Source: Candidatus Hydrogenedentales bacterium
GTDB lineage: Bacteria; Hydrogenedentota; Hydrogenedentia; Hydrogenedentales; JAEUWI01
DNA: 64,000 nucleotides
Direction: 5' to 3'
Assembly: GCA_041859365.1 (NCBI GenBank)
Contig: JBHEKR010000124.1
Coordinates: 13,388 to 77,387 of the forward strand
The notes beneath the pieces were generated by a model. It did no database searches, was not told where the DNA came from, and worked only from the letters and a program-made list of their open reading frames with translations. Each line of letters opens with the position of its first letter. Position 1 is the stretch's first letter. The translations under genes were made by a program, and so were the position numbers. Shown here one piece after another: positions 19,403 to 32,974 of this stretch.

Positions 19403-20029
19403 ATGGCAAGGCTGGCGCTGCAACGTGCGGGGTTGCGCATGAGTGGCACGTCTACCGAGACCGACGAACAGTTGATGGAGGCGCTGGACGCAGGCGATGA
19501 TCAGGCTCTTGCGGAACTCGTCGGTCGCTATCAGAATGATATCTTTCGTTTCTGCCTTCACTACCTCAAGAATATCGAGGTGGCCAAAGAAATGGCGCAG
19601 GAGACCTTTCTCCGGATTTACACGGCCCGCTCTCGCTTCGAAGTCAACCGGAAATTCAAGCCCTGGATGCTCTGTATTGCGCGCAATCTCTGCTTGAACG
19701 AGTTGAAGCGTAGAAAAATGGTGCAGATGGAGACGCTGGAGGAATACGCGAGTTCCGCGCGCGAAGAATCCGGGGAGATACTCCGGGCTCCCGAAGACAG
19801 TCCCTATGAGTTGCTGCTGACTCAGGAGCGCCATCGCTATCTTCTCAGCGTGCTCGACGCGCTGCCGGAGGAGTCGCGTGAAATTGTAGTTTTAAGATAT
19901 TTTCAGAAGCTTTCCGCACGTGAGATCGCCGATATCGTCGACAGCACGGAAGGCGCCGTCCGGACCAGGCTGCACCGGATTCTGAAGCAGATGCGCGATG
20001 GCTTTACCCTTGACAGAGAAGATATGTGA
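19403..20029 (+). CDS. ECF-type RNA polymerase sigma factor (sigma-70 family)
   Basis: Region 2 IFRFCLHYLKNIEVAKEMAQETFLRIY and region 4 VVLRYFQKLSAREIADIVDSTEGAVRTRLHR. The ATG at 19403 follows GGAAAGGA. The track ORF starts at a TTG at 19364. Confidence 0.88.
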   Translation: MARLALQRAGLRMSGTSTETDEQLMEALDAGDDQALAELVGRYQNDIFRFCLHYLKNIEVAKEMAQETFLRIYTARSRFEVNRKFKPWMLCIARNLCLNELKRRKMVQMETLEEYASSAREESGEILRAPEDSPYELLLTQERHRYLLSVLDALPEESREIVVLRYFQKLSAREIADIVDSTEGAVRTRLHRILKQMRDGFTLDREDM

Positions 20030-21834
20030 TGATGAACGCCGAACACAGCAGGCGCGATGACGCCCTTGGCCTCTTGTTGGCCGGTAATGACCATGCCGAG
20101 GGCATGGACACCGCCCGGGCGCTGCTCCTGCAGGATCGTGCGTTTCGTGAGGAATTCGAGTCTCTTCAGCGTGTCGGTGCTTCTTTGGGCGCATTGGGCG
20201 ACGCCCTGCATAATCGTGCGGGGACCGTCGACCTTCTGGACGATGTGTTCGACTCCATCGCCCATATGGCGTTTGAGGATCTGGGTGCCGCCAAAGCAAG
20301 CCCCTATGGCGATGTGGAGCGAGAACTGCGCGCCATGCGAAAGACCTTTGACACGCAGGCGCCTCAGGTTTCGCTGGTTGACGACATTATGGCCGCCGTG
20401 GCGGCGAGCAGGAAATCCGACGCGGACGTGGAGCGTCCTTTTGCCGGTGTCGCGTTGGCGCTGAACGGTCTGGGGTCGACACTGAATTCCATGGCCCCCG
20501 AAGTGGCGCTGGTTGAGCCGGTGATGGAACAGGTTGAGCACAGCCGTGTCACCGATCGGGTAGTAACCCCCTTCCGGGCGCGCCCCGCAGTATCGGAAGC
20601 CCGGATGGTATCACCACGCCGTCCCGCCTGGCCCGCCATGGTCGGCTGGGCCGCTGCCGCGGGCTTCTGTGCCCTGGCGGGGTGGATGTATTTTACGGGT
20701 GACCCGGGAAATGTCTCGAACTCGGAGCGAATGGCCTCGCTGCCTTCCCCGGATTCCAGCGCCGTCACGTCAAACGACAATGGAGAGATGCGTTTGGTGC
20801 GTCCCTTCGGTACGGATGGCGCGTCGGGTCCGGAGCACGCCACGGGAGTGACGCCGCAGAATTCGCCAAGACCCCGAGTAAAGGAACCGATTACGCTCCA
20901 GGACGCCATCAACGCCCGGCGCAGTGAGCTGCTTTCCCAGAGCAACGAATTCGCCTTGCTGGCGTCGCTGACTGGTGATGAGGCGAGCGAACTCCTCAAG
21001 AGCATGGATCTTTCAGTGGAGGCACTCCTTGGCGCCGCTCAGTTCCTTTCCACCGATGAGGCCATCGCGGTGCTGCGCGCGGCGATTGCCGAGCACCCCG
21101 ATGATCCTCAGTTGAAGTACGCCCTGGCGATGAATCTGGAGGGGAATCCCGAAGCGGTAGAGGAGCGCATGCAGCAGCTCGCTCAACTGGCGGCGGTAGA
21201 TACTGACAACAGCCTCCCACATTTCATGCAGGCCGCCGAATATTTTGAGCAGGGCGATATGGCCCGCGCTCTGGAAGCCCTGGGAAAGGGCTCGTCGTAC
21301 GGTGATGCCAGCGCGTACACGCTGGAGAGCGCGAATCAGCGTGAGGCGGCTTTGATTGCCAGCGGGCTCGACGTGGACACCGCGCGCTTTCTGGCCCTTT
21401 CCACGGCGGGAAACAGCGAGTACACGGATATTTCGGCGCTACGGAATGAACTGCTGGATTTCGGCGCTCATTACGAACAGTTGGGTGAATATGAAACCGC
21501 CGAGCAGATTTACAACGCGGTCAACGAACTGGGCGAGCAATTGGTGGCGGGCGCCTCGATGGCGGTGGAGCAGCAGTACGGTCTGGAGACGCAGCAGGAC
21601 GCTATCCTCGCGATTCAGGGGATAGCGGAAGTATTCCAGCAGCCGGAAACCGTGGCGCTGCTTGGCGAGACGTTGGGATTCCTTGCCGAGAGCATCGTCG
21701 ACGTTACCCAGTATATCGCCGCACGCCAGGACCTGGTGACTAATCCGGCAAGCTCCGACCAACTGGACTGGAGTGCCTTCCTGAATCACGTCATGAACAG
21801 CGGTGATCTGAACGTCTCTGGATTCATCCGCTAG
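20026..21834 (+). CDS. putative anti-sigma factor (single TM, large C-terminal helical/TPR-like domain)
   Basis: The start overlaps the sigma-factor stop (GTGATGATG). Single TM AWPAMVGWAAAAGFCALAGWMYF. No zf-HC2 Cys motif, so function is inferred from position only. Confidence 0.5.
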   Translation: MMMNAEHSRRDDALGLLLAGNDHAEGMDTARALLLQDRAFREEFESLQRVGASLGALGDALHNRAGTVDLLDDVFDSIAHMAFEDLGAAKASPYGDVERELRAMRKTFDTQAPQVSLVDDIMAAVAASRKSDADVERPFAGVALALNGLGSTLNSMAPEVALVEPVMEQVEHSRVTDRVVTPFRARPAVSEARMVSPRRPAWPAMVGWAAAAGFCALAGWMYFTGDPGNVSNSERMASLPSPDSSAVTSNDNGEMRLVRPFGTDGASGPEHATGVTPQNSPRPRVKEPITLQDAINARRSELLSQSNEFALLASLTGDEASELLKSMDLSVEALLGAAQFLSTDEAIAVLRAAIAEHPDDPQLKYALAMNLEGNPEAVEERMQQLAQLAAVDTDNSLPHFMQAAEYFEQGDMARALEALGKGSSYGDASAYTLESANQREAALIASGLDVDTARFLALSTAGNSEYTDISALRNELLDFGAHYEQLGEYETAEQIYNAVNELGEQLVAGASMAVEQQYGLETQQDAILAIQGIAEVFQQPETVALLGETLGFLAESIVDVTQYIAARQDLVTNPASSDQLDWSAFLNHVMNSGDLNVSGFIR

Positions 21835-21862
21835 TTTTTCCACTCGTTTGGCGCCGCCTCAA

Positions 21863-22501
21863 TCAGAGCGCGGCGCCAATTTTTTCACACGTCTGCGTAA
21901 CCACGCTGGCCACCGAAGCGCTCATGGCCTCGGCTACTTCCGCCAGCGACGCATCCGAGTGAAGGCTTTCACCGTCGTTGACCTGTGGAAGTGGCGTTTC
22001 TCCCGTCACGTATCCCTGCCACAAGCTTGCCCCGCTTTCCGTATCCCGAATGATACAAATGATCTCAACGATGACCGCTGGCGTCTCTCGATTATAGTCG
22101 GCCTCAAAGCGGCGGAGCTCACCCGTGAGAATGAAGTTGGGCCGAGCTATATTTGCGGCATCGTCCACTTCCGAGAAGCCTTCCAGCTTGATGAGTCCGT
22201 CGGTGAGCGCCCGGTTGACCATGGTTGCGGGAAGGTCGGCCCACTCCGCATTCTGAAAATAGGCAATACGGTTATTCTCCGCCGTGTACGCCACGGCGAG
22301 CTTGTAGGGCTTGGCGCCAATCAAAGGCCGAATTCCCAGGGATCTTCCCGAGCTGGCGATAGGCTTAACGGTAGTCACCGGGGTGATGGTGTAGTAGCGC
22401 GCGGGGGAAATGGTGGTGGCCGTCAGGCAGCCACAGATCGTGGCTGTTGTGGTCACCAGCAGGCCCAGCAAGGCGGCGTGACGCTTCGTCATGGTAATCA
22501 T
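21863..22501 (-). CDS. ABC-transport auxiliary lipoprotein (DUF330/PqiC-like)
   Basis: Lipobox-like TATICGC. 4-nt overlap with the MlaD-like gene upstream, in the position typical of PqiC/YmbA-type lipoproteins. Confidence 0.6.
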   Translation of the reverse strand: MITMTKRHAALLGLLVTTTATICGCLTATTISPARYYTITPVTTVKPIASSGRSLGIRPLIGAKPYKLAVAYTAENNRIAYFQNAEWADLPATMVNRALTDGLIKLEGFSEVDDAANIARPNFILTGELRRFEADYNRETPAVIVEIICIIRDTESGASLWQGYVTGETPLPQVNDGESLHSDASLAEVAEAMSASVASVVTQTCEKIGAAL

Positions 22502-23481
22502 TCCTTTATTTTGGCTTTGCCCCGGACCAGGGACGAGGGGTCTTGCTTCAACTGCGCGATGAGGGCTTCCAATTCGAGGAGGGTCTCTGCCGTGGTCGAC
22601 AAGGTGTTGCGGAAACTGTACTCGATGTTGTCGGCTTCGTGAAGCATGGTCGCGGAAGACGAGTCCAGCTTGGCTACCGATCCATTCAGTTGCATGGTCA
22701 GCACGGCGATCTGCTCCAGCACCGTGTCCAGCTTGCTTCCCAGCGTCTTCACATCCAGTTGCTCCGTCTTTTCCCGTGCGACCGACAGGAAGGCCCCGGC
22801 TTCTTCGGATGTGGAGCGGATGTTCTGGCTTAGGGCCAACACTTCGTCCGTGACGGGGTCGATCTTCCCTTCCAGGGTTTCCATCGTGCCACGGGCGGCC
22901 GCCAGAGTTGCCTTGGCCTCGGTGGCGAGGCCCTCGGCTTCGGCCAGAATAGTGTCCACGCGGGCGAGGATATTAGTGAGCGCCCCCGGTTCCATGCCGC
23001 TGAGTCCGGTCTCTATTTTTCCAACGATGACTGATACGTCGTCCATCAACTCTTCAACTTTGGTGCTAATCGAAGCAAAAGCTGACGGACGGGCGGGAAT
23101 CTGGCTTCCGGGCGGCAGGGGACCGTCCCCAGGGTTGCCGCCCGAGAGTTCGATGGCCATGGTGCCCGCAGCCAGGCTGTAGAGCACGAGCTGGGCCTGG
23201 ACGCCCTGATGAAGTTTGATCTTGGCGGGATTGATGGCAATTTCGATGTGGGCCTGATTTGTCGAGGTCACGGAGATATTCGTCACCTTACCCACGGGCA
23301 CGCCCAGGTACTGGACAATGCCGCCCTCGTACACTCCCAGGACCGAGTCCTTGAATTCCAGCCAATAGGGTGAGCCCTGCTCGGTGTAGGTGCCGGAGAT
23401 GTAGCTGACCGCTGCGGCGATGAGCGAAAAGCACATCACGAGGAAAACGCCGACTTTCGTTTTTACTTTTTTGGTGGCCAT
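22498..23481 (-). CDS. mlaD: MCE/MlaD family substrate-binding protein
   Basis: N-terminal TM, MCE core GVYEGGIVQYLGVPVGKVTNISV, long helical C-terminus. Confidence 0.85.
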   Translation of the reverse strand: MATKKVKTKVGVFLVMCFSLIAAAVSYISGTYTEQGSPYWLEFKDSVLGVYEGGIVQYLGVPVGKVTNISVTSTNQAHIEIAINPAKIKLHQGVQAQLVLYSLAAGTMAIELSGGNPGDGPLPPGSQIPARPSAFASISTKVEELMDDVSVIVGKIETGLSGMEPGALTNILARVDTILAEAEGLATEAKATLAAARGTMETLEGKIDPVTDEVLALSQNIRSTSEEAGAFLSVAREKTEQLDVKTLGSKLDTVLEQIAVLTMQLNGSVAKLDSSSATMLHEADNIEYSFRNTLSTTAETLLELEALIAQLKQDPSSLVRGKAKIKE

Positions 23482-23522
23482 ACCCGCCTCCTGAATTTAT
23501 GGTGAGCGCCAAAGGGGCGCGG

Positions 23523-24321
23523 TTATACATTCCGCTGTGCGATGAACTCATCGGGCCGTCGGTCGAAGAGCTGTCGCACCCGTTCCACGTGGGTGTTCTC
23601 AGCGTCCTCAAGGGTGCCCGTAAATATCACCTTGCCACGATCAAGCATTAGAATCCGGTCCGCCACTTCCCGGATGGAATCGAGCTCGTGGGTCACGATG
23701 ACGAACGTGAGCCCCAGCAGCTTTCGCATATCCAGAATCAGGCGATCAAGCCCCGCCGCCATGATGGGATCCAAGCCCGCCGATGGTCCATCGAAATAAA
23801 CCAGCGGTGGATCCAAGGCGATGGCCCGCGCCAGACCCGCGCGCTTGCGCATGCCGCCGGAGAGTTCGCTGGGCATCAGATGGCCCGAATCGCCCAACCC
23901 GACGAAGCTCAGCTTCATGCGAACGATGGCCTCGATTAATTCCTCGTCCATGTTGCCATATTCCCGCAGGGGGAGGGCCACGTTGTCGCCCACGGTCATG
24001 GAGTTAAAGAGTCCGCTCGATTGAAATGCTATCCCGATGGTTCGCTGCAACACCGCCAGTTCGTCTTCGTCCAAGCGGGTGAGGTCCTGGTCCCGATAGA
24101 TGATGCTGCCCGAGCTCGCCCGGAGCAGGCCGCACATATGGCGCAGCAATGTGGTCTTTCCACAGCCGCTTCCGCCGATGATGACGAATATCTCGCCGGG
24201 GTATACCGAGCACGAGACGTCATCGAGGATCAACGTCTCTCCATAGTAGGTCACGAGATTCTTCACCTCGATAATGGGCGGGACCTGAGTATTTGGCGCT
24301 GTGGGAATGTGATTATTCATC

Positions 24322-24335
<14 letters not shown>
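23523..24335 (-). CDS. mlaF: MlaF-like ABC ATPase with atypical Walker B (FDG)
   Basis: Walker A GGSGCGKTT, Q-loop AFQSSGLF, signature LSGGMRKRAGLARA, H-loop VTHELDS. Walker B reads LVYFDGPSAGLDP. An alternative start is the Met at 24320. Confidence 0.88.
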
Positions 24336-28659
<4,324 letters not shown>

Positions 28660-28750
28660 TCCGGGTGGAGGGTAATTGTTGGGGGGCGGGCATGTGGATG
28701 GTGTGTACCTTGACCGCAGATATTGACCGATGGAACGGGCTGGAGCGAGA

Positions 28751-29698
28751 ATGGATCCGAACGTAGCAGCGCAGATTCAAAAATTACTGGACAACATGGA
28801 GCAGGTGGTTTACGGCAAGCACGAAGTGGTGAAGATGTGTGTCATCGGCCTGCTCGCCCGTGGTCACATTCTGATTGAAGACGTGCCCGGCATCGGCAAG
28901 ACGACGATTGCCCAGAGTATCGCTCGTTCCCTCGATTGCACCTTCAACCGGGTTCAGTTTACGAGCGACATGCTGCCTTCCGATATCATTGGTGTGTCTA
29001 TGCTCGACCCCAAGACCAATGATTTTGAGTTTAGAAAAGGTCCCATCTTTGCGAGCATTGTGCTGGCCGACGAAGTGAACCGGACCCCGCCGAAGACGCA
29101 GAGCGCACTGCTGGAAGCCATGAGCGAAAATCAGATTTCGATCGATGGGCGCACCTATCCGCTGCCCCAGCCCTTTATGGTCCTTGCCACGCAGAATCCC
29201 ATCGAATACGAGGGGACCTACGTGTTGCCCGAGTCCCAATTGGACCGATTTTCACTGCGCGTAGAGATGGGGTATCCGCCTCCGGCCGACGAAATCCGGA
29301 TCATGCGCCGACGCAACCCGCAGAAGGCCATTCATGACCTGGACCCGGTGCTCTCGGTAGCGGAGATATTGGAGCTGCAGGAACGGGTCGGCGAGATAAT
29401 TGTGGACGATTCCGTGGCAAAGTATATGCTCGCCATTGTCCAGGGCACCCGGACGCACGAGCAGGTCCAGCTTGGGGCGAGCCCCCGAGGCTCATTGGCT
29501 TTCTACGAAGTCTGCCAGGCCCGTGCGCTGGTTGAAGGCCGTGACTACGTCACGCCGGGCGATGTGAAGGAAATGGCCGTTCCGGTATTGAGCCATCGCC
29601 TGCTGGTCAAGTCGAGGGGCGCGGATCTTTCCATGGCGGCCCAGGAACGAGCACGGGTGATTCGCGAGATTCTCAAACGGACCGAAGTGCCCGTTTGA
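28751..29698 (+). CDS. MoxR-family AAA+ ATPase (second copy)
   Basis: Walker A EDVPGIGKT, Walker B VLADEVNRTPPKTQSALLEAMSE, and [22 protein letters not shown]. The ATG at 28751 follows GGAG. Confidence 0.95.
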   Translation: MDPNVAAQIQKLLDNMEQVVYGKHEVVKMCVIGLLARGHILIEDVPGIGKTTIAQSIARSLDCTFNRVQFTSDMLPSDIIGVSMLDPKTNDFEFRKGPIFASIVLADEVNRTPPKTQSALLEAMSENQISIDGRTYPLPQPFMVLATQNPIEYEGTYVLPESQLDRFSLRVEMGYPPPADEIRIMRRRNPQKAIHDLDPVLSVAEILELQERVGEIIVDDSVAKYMLAIVQGTRTHEQVQLGASPRGSLAFYEVCQARALVEGRDYVTPGDVKEMAVPVLSHRLLVKSRGADLSMAAQERARVIREILKRTEVPV

Positions 29699-30771
29699 TG
29701 AGCGCGCCGGCGGCAAATAAGAAGCGCAAGGTTCGGGTGCGCGCCACCGGATGGGGATTCTTCATCATCCTTTTTCCGATCTTGCTCGCCGCGTGGAATA
29801 CCGGCGCAAACCTGCTCTACATCGTCGTTGGCGGGCTGATCAGCTTTGTCGTGTTGTCCGCCTGTTGCGCCTTTCTCGCGCTTCGCGATGTGGAACTCTT
29901 CCGGAATGCGCCGAAGGCCGCCTATCGAAATCAACCCTTTCGGGTCCACCTGCGCATCGAGAATCAGCGCCGTTGGTTCTCCGCGCTGTCCGTCCGAATC
30001 GAGCGTTCGGGAAAGACAGGTGAGGCGCTTGGTTACGTGCTGAAGATTCCCGCGGGTCAGGCGGCCCGCCTCGCGGTGGAGGAGGTACAGGTGAAACGCG
30101 GCCTCTTCTCCCTGGAGCCCTATAGACTCGTAACAGGATTCCCGTTCGGATTGATTGAGACCTCCGTGCAGTTCGAAGACAAGGCGGAAATACTGGTTTA
30201 TCCCCGTGTCTATCCCGTTCGCACCAACGCGTTGGAACGCATTCCAACGGCGTCACAGGCTTCGACCCAATCCAGCGAAGATGGTGACGAGTTCTTCGCC
30301 CTCCGGGAATATATAATCGGCGACGATATCCGCCGAATTGTGTGGCGCATCAGCGCGCGGATGGGCAAGTGGATCGTGCGGGAACTTGCCCGTTACAACT
30401 CCAGACTGGTCATTCTCGCACTGGACACCACCCTGGACCCTTCGCAAGAGAACTTCAACGATTCCTTTGAGGAAGCGGTGGAACTTACCGCCTCCGTCGC
30501 AATTATGTTGCTCCGGCGCCGCTACGAAGTTTCCATCGTAACGCCGGATAATTTTCTGGCGGGGGGAGAAGGTAAGGGGCATGAGCGGCACGTGCTCCGT
30601 ATGCTGGCGCAGGTTGCTCCCACGGAAGACCCGCAAGCGTTCGCCGAGAAACTGGCCGCTCTGGAAACCGTCGATTCCATGGTTTTTTACCTCTCCCCCG
30701 ATCCGGAGAAATGGGGGACCCAGGCCCGGTACGGAAGGGTGCTGGATCCCCGGGAGCTCGTTCATGGATAG
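29695..30771 (+). CDS. DUF58 (vWA-like) protein (second copy)
   Basis: TM hairpin followed by REYIIGDDIRRIVWRISARMGKWIVRELARYNSRLVILALD. ATGA overlap with the MoxR stop. Confidence 0.88.
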   Translation: MMSAPAANKKRKVRVRATGWGFFIILFPILLAAWNTGANLLYIVVGGLISFVVLSACCAFLALRDVELFRNAPKAAYRNQPFRVHLRIENQRRWFSALSVRIERSGKTGEALGYVLKIPAGQAARLAVEEVQVKRGLFSLEPYRLVTGFPFGLIETSVQFEDKAEILVYPRVYPVRTNALERIPTASQASTQSSEDGDEFFALREYIIGDDIRRIVWRISARMGKWIVRELARYNSRLVILALDTTLDPSQENFNDSFEEAVELTASVAIMLLRRRYEVSIVTPDNFLAGGEGKGHERHVLRMLAQVAPTEDPQAFAEKLAALETVDSMVFYLSPDPEKWGTQARYGRVLDPRELVHG

Positions 30772-32962
30772 CCCACATACGTCATTGTTGAGACGCTCCA
30801 CATCCGTATTCGTTTTCGCCGGCTATCTTGCCCTCGCGGCAGTTCCCCAGATCGGTCCAGCGATCCTGATCATCCCAATTCTTGCGCTCACTTTCTGGCG
30901 CATCGGCGAGCAGCTCGATGCGAAGTACACTACCTACGGCCTCCTGTCCCGCGCACTTACGATCGCCTACTTCTGCTTCCTGCCGCTGAGCCTTGTCCAA
31001 CTGGATCTCTTGCCCACTGTCGTGATGCTCGTCATCTACATTCAGTGTTATACCCTGGTACATGTGAAGCAGGTGCGAAACTATTACCACCTCTTTCTCA
31101 TGTCGCTCTTCCTGTTGCTCGCGGCCTGTGTGCAGACGCCCGATCCCATCATTGGCGTGATTCTGCTCATTTTTCTGGTAAGCGCCGTATGGGCGAATAT
31201 GGCGTTGCGCATCGTGATGGAAGAACTCGCATGCGGGCGGGATACGGAGGTGGAGCTGGTGTCGATCGACTACATGCTGCACCACGCCTATCGGGATCAA
31301 CCGCAGGACAAGGGGTCGTCCATGCCGGCGGTGGCGGCAACGCTGTCGGTGGCCGTCATCGTGTTTACCACGCTCTGGTTCTTTCTCACACCCCGCATCG
31401 AGGCGGGCGTACTCGGCAGAAATCAAGTCGAAAACCAGACCGTTGGAATGAGCGAGTCGGTGGACTTGGAGTCCGGCGGCCTCATCAGCGACGACCAGAC
31501 TCCGGTTATGATGGTGCAGTTTCCTGATGAGCCAAAGGGCCAGATCCAGAACGTCGACTGGCTGTATTGGCGCGTCACGTCCCAGAATACGTATGGGGAC
31601 AATCGATGGGACAACACGCCGGTTCGATTGCTCGAACCGGGTGTGAGGAGCTTGTCCCAGGGCCAACGCAATGAGAATGGCGAGGTGCGTCGCGTGGAGC
31701 GATTCATGCGCCCGGATGCCACGGTCGTGCATCAAGTCATCTACATGGATGACGTGCCCCGAAAAGGAGTTCCCGTGCTGGACCTTGTTCAACGAGTACG
31801 GGTTGACGACAAATCGAAGGGGGTTGAGGTAGGCTGGGGTCGTGATAACGATTTCACCGTTCGACTAAATAAGGCTGGCTCCCGTCGTCTCAACTATGAA
31901 GCGTGGTCGGAAGTGGGCGAGCCCGACGCAAATGAACTGCGCAAGATTCCCATCGATTTCAGTGGAATTGACCCACAGGACCTTGACGTGCTGACGCGCA
32001 GTCCGCTCAGCGAGGCCTCCATAAATCTGGCCCAGTCGATTATGCAGGATGAGGATACCCTGTATGATAAGGTGCTGTCCATTCAGAGTTTTTTGTCGGG
32101 TCCGGATTTTCTCTATTCCCTTGACGATTCCGACACCATGGCCCGCTCCGTTATCGATGAATTCATTCTGACAAGCAAGAAGGGCCATTGCGAGAAGTTT
32201 GCGACAGCCATGGCGCTCTTGGTACGAAGCCAGGGAATTCCCGCGCGGGTCGTCATGGGGTATCGGGGAGGCGAGTGGAACGAGTCGGACGAGTCGTACA
32301 CTATCCGCGCCAATATGGCCCACCTGTGGGTGGAAGTATGGTTTCCCACGGCGGGCTGGATTAAGTTTGACCCGTCGCCCCGCGCGGACGCCGTTCCCGG
32401 GAGTGGCCTGAGACAAATTACGCTACTGGCCTCCAGAGCGTTGCTGAAGGCGAAGATGTTCTGGTTTCGTGAAGTGGTGGGCTTTGATCGGGCCGCGCAG
32501 GTGGAGCGACTTCAGAATTTTTCCCTGGGGGTGATACAGGGGTTTCGCGGTAAGACCGAGTCCCCTGGAGGCTCTCAGGTTACCGGGACGATGGGCATGC
32601 TCGGCTTCGTCACGCCGCTCATCGTACTGGCCGGGCTGATCGTGGGGATCGTTCTGGCCGTCGTGCGCGTCCGGTGGGTGCCCGTCCCGAAAAATCTCCC
32701 ATTGAGCGCAAAACAGCTTCAGGTCGTTCGTCTGTATCTGCTTCTGCGTCGGCGACTGCAGCGGTTCGGCGTGGTATGTGCCGGGAAAACCGCCGAAGAG
32801 TTGCGCGCTGAGCTTCACGGAACGCGTTGGGGGGCTCCGCCGGAGGCGATTGCCGTGATCGAGCTCTACAATCAGGTTCGATTTGGGAACTCGGCGCCGA
32901 TGGACATCGATCTCGCCGCACTGCGCAAGGCGGTGCTGGCCATCCGTCCGATAGAAGATTGA
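30764..32962 (+). CDS. membrane transglutaminase-like protein (TgpA-like: N-terminal polytopic domain plus transglutaminase core)
   Basis: ATG at 30764, an 8-nt overlap with DUF58. About 6 N-terminal TMs. Core KKGHCEKFATAMALLVRSQGIPARVVMGY...HLWVEVW...FDPSP supplies the Cys-His-Asp triad. C-terminal TM. Confidence 0.85.
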   Translation: MDSPHTSLLRRSTSVFVFAGYLALAAVPQIGPAILIIPILALTFWRIGEQLDAKYTTYGLLSRALTIAYFCFLPLSLVQLDLLPTVVMLVIYIQCYTLVHVKQVRNYYHLFLMSLFLLLAACVQTPDPIIGVILLIFLVSAVWANMALRIVMEELACGRDTEVELVSIDYMLHHAYRDQPQDKGSSMPAVAATLSVAVIVFTTLWFFLTPRIEAGVLGRNQVENQTVGMSESVDLESGGLISDDQTPVMMVQFPDEPKGQIQNVDWLYWRVTSQNTYGDNRWDNTPVRLLEPGVRSLSQGQRNENGEVRRVERFMRPDATVVHQVIYMDDVPRKGVPVLDLVQRVRVDDKSKGVEVGWGRDNDFTVRLNKAGSRRLNYEAWSEVGEPDANELRKIPIDFSGIDPQDLDVLTRSPLSEASINLAQSIMQDEDTLYDKVLSIQSFLSGPDFLYSLDDSDTMARSVIDEFILTSKKGHCEKFATAMALLVRSQGIPARVVMGYRGGEWNESDESYTIRANMAHLWVEVWFPTAGWIKFDPSPRADAVPGSGLRQITLLASRALLKAKMFWFREVVGFDRAAQVERLQNFSLGVIQGFRGKTESPGGSQVTGTMGMLGFVTPLIVLAGLIVGIVLAVVRVRWVPVPKNLPLSAKQLQVVRLYLLLRRRLQRFGVVCAGKTAEELRAELHGTRWGAPPEAIAVIELYNQVRFGNSAPMDIDLAALRKAVLAIRPIED

Positions 32963-32974
32963 CACTCTGCGAAT

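Noticed and set aside
23118-23130. GGGGACCGTCCCC palindrome, the same core as the 49.3-49.6 kb intergenic motif, inside the MlaD-like gene
   Set aside because: It is a single copy inside a coding sequence (encoding G-D-G-P-L-P on the minus strand). It is most simply chance in GC-rich coding DNA and is not counted as part of the intergenic cluster.
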